A stretch of 58,737 nucleotides of DNA, from positions 1-58,737 of the IMG/VR virus record IMGVR_UViG_3300030107_004408; one strand, written 5' to 3'. Below the pieces are notes generated by a model. It was not told the origin of the DNA. It did not search any database and saw only the letters and a list, made by a program, of their open reading frames with translations. The DNA is from a virus. Taxonomy: Duplodnaviria; Caudoviricetes. The position numbers and the translations under genes are program-made. Positions 57,235-58,737 of the stretch are shown here, one piece after another (the first letter of the stretch is position 1; each line of letters starts with the position of its first letter).

Positions 57235-57245
57235 ATATAACGACA

Positions 57246-57317
57246 GGATGCTTCAGCTTAACGGCTGAAGCGTCTCACGGTGTATTCAACACCATAACAA
57301 CAACGGAGAAAACAATG
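57246..57317 (+). promoter_or_regulatory. Two-hairpin leader element, copy 4
   Basis: GGATGCTTCAGC-ttaacg-GCTGAAGCGTCT; GGTGT-attca-ACACC; aacaacaacGGAGaaaacaATG. Confidence 0.75.
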
Positions 57318-57509
57318 AAGAACTGCACTAACTGTTCCAGGCTGAGAGAGGAGCGGGATGACCTGCTGGAATCCGTGAAGGACCTGCTAGACCTGACCGA
57401 GTACGGAGACATAGACGGGATGGTCTGGGAGCTGGTTAACGATGGAGACGAGTGGGTCGTCGAGAGACTCAACCGAGCGCAGCGTTTAGTCGACAACGGA
57501 GGTGAGTGA
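57315..57509 (+). CDS. Small acidic early protein (64 aa, N-terminal CxxC)
   Basis: Start reassigned to ATG 57315 behind the leader element. Confidence 0.65.
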   Translation: MKNCTNCSRLREERDDLLESVKDLLDLTEYGDIDGMVWELVNDGDEWVVERLNRAQRLVDNGGE

Positions 57510-57573
57510 TGATCAATAAACACTGCGGTGAATACCAGACACTTATCCATGGTCGTCTCTGAGTGTAGCGCCA

Positions 57574-57647
57574 GATGCTTCAGCTTAGCGGTTGAAGCAT
57601 CCCACGATACGCTCAGTATCACAACAACAACGGAGATAAGACAAATG
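57574..57647 (+). promoter_or_regulatory. Two-hairpin leader element, copy 5
   Basis: GATGCTTCAGC-ttagcg-GTTGAAGCATC; GATAC-gctca-GTATC; acaacaacaacGGAGataagacaaATG. Confidence 0.75.
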
Positions 57648-58737
57648 CTACATAACAATAACTACCCACATGATGTGGTCGTACGTTCCTTTGCCATGGC
57701 TTTGCTAGTCCTTAGAGACAAGCTGCCTACTGGTATCGGAGCTTCGCCTCCCATGCTTTGGGGTGATGGTGGTCGCGGTAAGACTTCACTCGTTAAGTCT
57801 ATCGCTACTAAGGTTAACGTTCCTTACTACATCATTCGCTGCCCAGATGAGGAGCCTGCTAATCAAGCTGGCTACCCTGTGCCGGATATGAGTACGGGTA
57901 CTGTGCGTCGTATGCCTAGTCATATGTGTCACGACGTTAAGGCTAACAACGGTAACTTCATCGTGTTCTTCGATGAGCTTGCTGATGCGCCTAGGGCTAC
58001 CCAGGTTTCGTTTCACGCTCCCATCATTGATGGTGAGTGGGGGGAGGTTAAGCTTCCTCCTCATATGCGTGCTGCTGCTAGCAATCCACCGGAGATCAGT
58101 ACTACTGGTGGTACCATCAGTAACACTGTAGCCAAGCGCTTTGTTCACTTCTGGTATGACCCGAGTGAGGACAACTTCGTTAAGGCTATGATGACTCCTG
58201 GTGTCGGTGGTAGCTGGCCTGAGCCTGACGTTCCTAACCTTCCTAAGGATTGGGCTAACGAGCTTCCGGCTGCACAGTCATTGGTCGCTCAGTTCCTTAA
58301 GGCTAAGCCTGGGAACCTTACCCTTAGTAAGCAAGAGCGTGAGTCGCAGATTGAGTGGAAGCCTACTCCCTGTGAGCGTTCGTGGACTACTGCTATCGTT
58401 CATTACGCTGCATGCGTTGCAGCTAACGAGCCCGGCCTCATGCATTGCATGATTGCCGGTAGCGTAGGGCAAGGACGGGCTAACGAGTTCCTTACTTGGG
58501 TACGTAACCTTGACTTGCCTGACCCTGAGGACATCCTGTTTAACTGCGACAGTTACACCATCCCAGCTAGGACTGACCAGATCTTGGCTATGGCATCTAG
58601 TGTAGTGGAATGTGTTGTTAGGAATAACAACGCTGACCGCTGGACTCGTGGGTGGTCAGTACTTAAGCGTCTACTGGATAACGGACGTGGTGACTACGCT
58701 TCGCTAGTTGCTCCCAAGCTTGCGCAGAACATGCCTA
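57645..58737 (+). CDS. MoxR-like AAA+ ATPase (~388 aa, continues to 173); absent from the ORF track
   Basis: Manual translation: LWGDGGRGKTS, IVFFDEL, AASNPP, AKRFVH. Confidence 0.88.
   Translation, partial: MLHNNNYPHDVVVRSFAMALLVLRDKLPTGIGASPPMLWGDGGRGKTSLVKSIATKVNVPYYIIRCPDEEPANQAGYPVPDMSTGTVRRMPSHMCHDVKANNGNFIVFFDELADAPRATQVSFHAPIIDGEWGEVKLPPHMRAAASNPPEISTTGGTISNTVAKRFVHFWYDPSEDNFVKAMMTPGVGGSWPEPDVPNLPKDWANELPAAQSLVAQFLKAKPGNLTLSKQERESQIEWKPTPCERSWTTAIVHYAACVAANEPGLMHCMIAGSVGQGRANEFLTWVRNLDLPDPEDILFNCDSYTIPARTDQILAMASSVVECVVRNNNADRWTRGWSVLKRLLDNGRGDYASLVAPKLAQNMP
58639..58736. repeat. Terminal overlap with 1-98
   Basis: Identical sequence; only the final base 58737 differs from base 99. 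Confidence 0.95.

Noticed and set aside
57246-57647. CRISPR-like mini-array or attC integron cassettes
   Set aside because: The repeats are separated by whole genes, vary in sequence, lack attC core sites, and no integrase is present.
1-58737. Alternative genetic code, DGR, tRNAs, introns/inteins, base-modification genes
   Set aside because: Genes are full length and densely packed under code 11, and no reverse transcriptase, tRNA cloverleaf, intein motif or modification enzyme was recognised by eye.

Overview
This is a complete, circularly permuted genome (~58.64 kb unique) of a tailed dsDNA phage with podovirus-like gene order. The first 98 nt recur at 58639-58736, which is an assembly overlap. 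No integrase, RNA polymerase, tRNA or CRISPR array was seen, so it is probably lytic and dependent on host RNAP. The + strand carries an early module (56468 across the junction to 3567): small ORFs, a MoxR-like AAA+ ATPase that is split by the window ends and missing from the ORF track, an HEXXH-peptidase/VWA protein and a DUF3150-like protein. Replication genes follow on +: PrimPol-helicase, SNF2-like helicase, PD-(D/E)XK nuclease, Sak4-like ATPase, SSB-like protein, UDG-fused PolA and a degenerate SMC-like ATPase. The - strand carries TerL, portal, scaffold, capsid, tail, two very large probable ejection proteins (1374 and 3698 aa), fibre and lysis genes. The most notable signals are non-coding: (i) a five-copy two-hairpin + CAA-repeat + SD element with covarying stems before early genes; (ii) a cluster of GAA-triloop and tandem G.A hairpins that suits ssDNA, beside the late promoter; (iii) divergent sigma70-like promoters sharing a palindrome at the start site, followed by a structured leader; (iv) two distant control regions sharing three motifs in the same order. 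All protein calls come from motifs recognised by eye; no database search was run.
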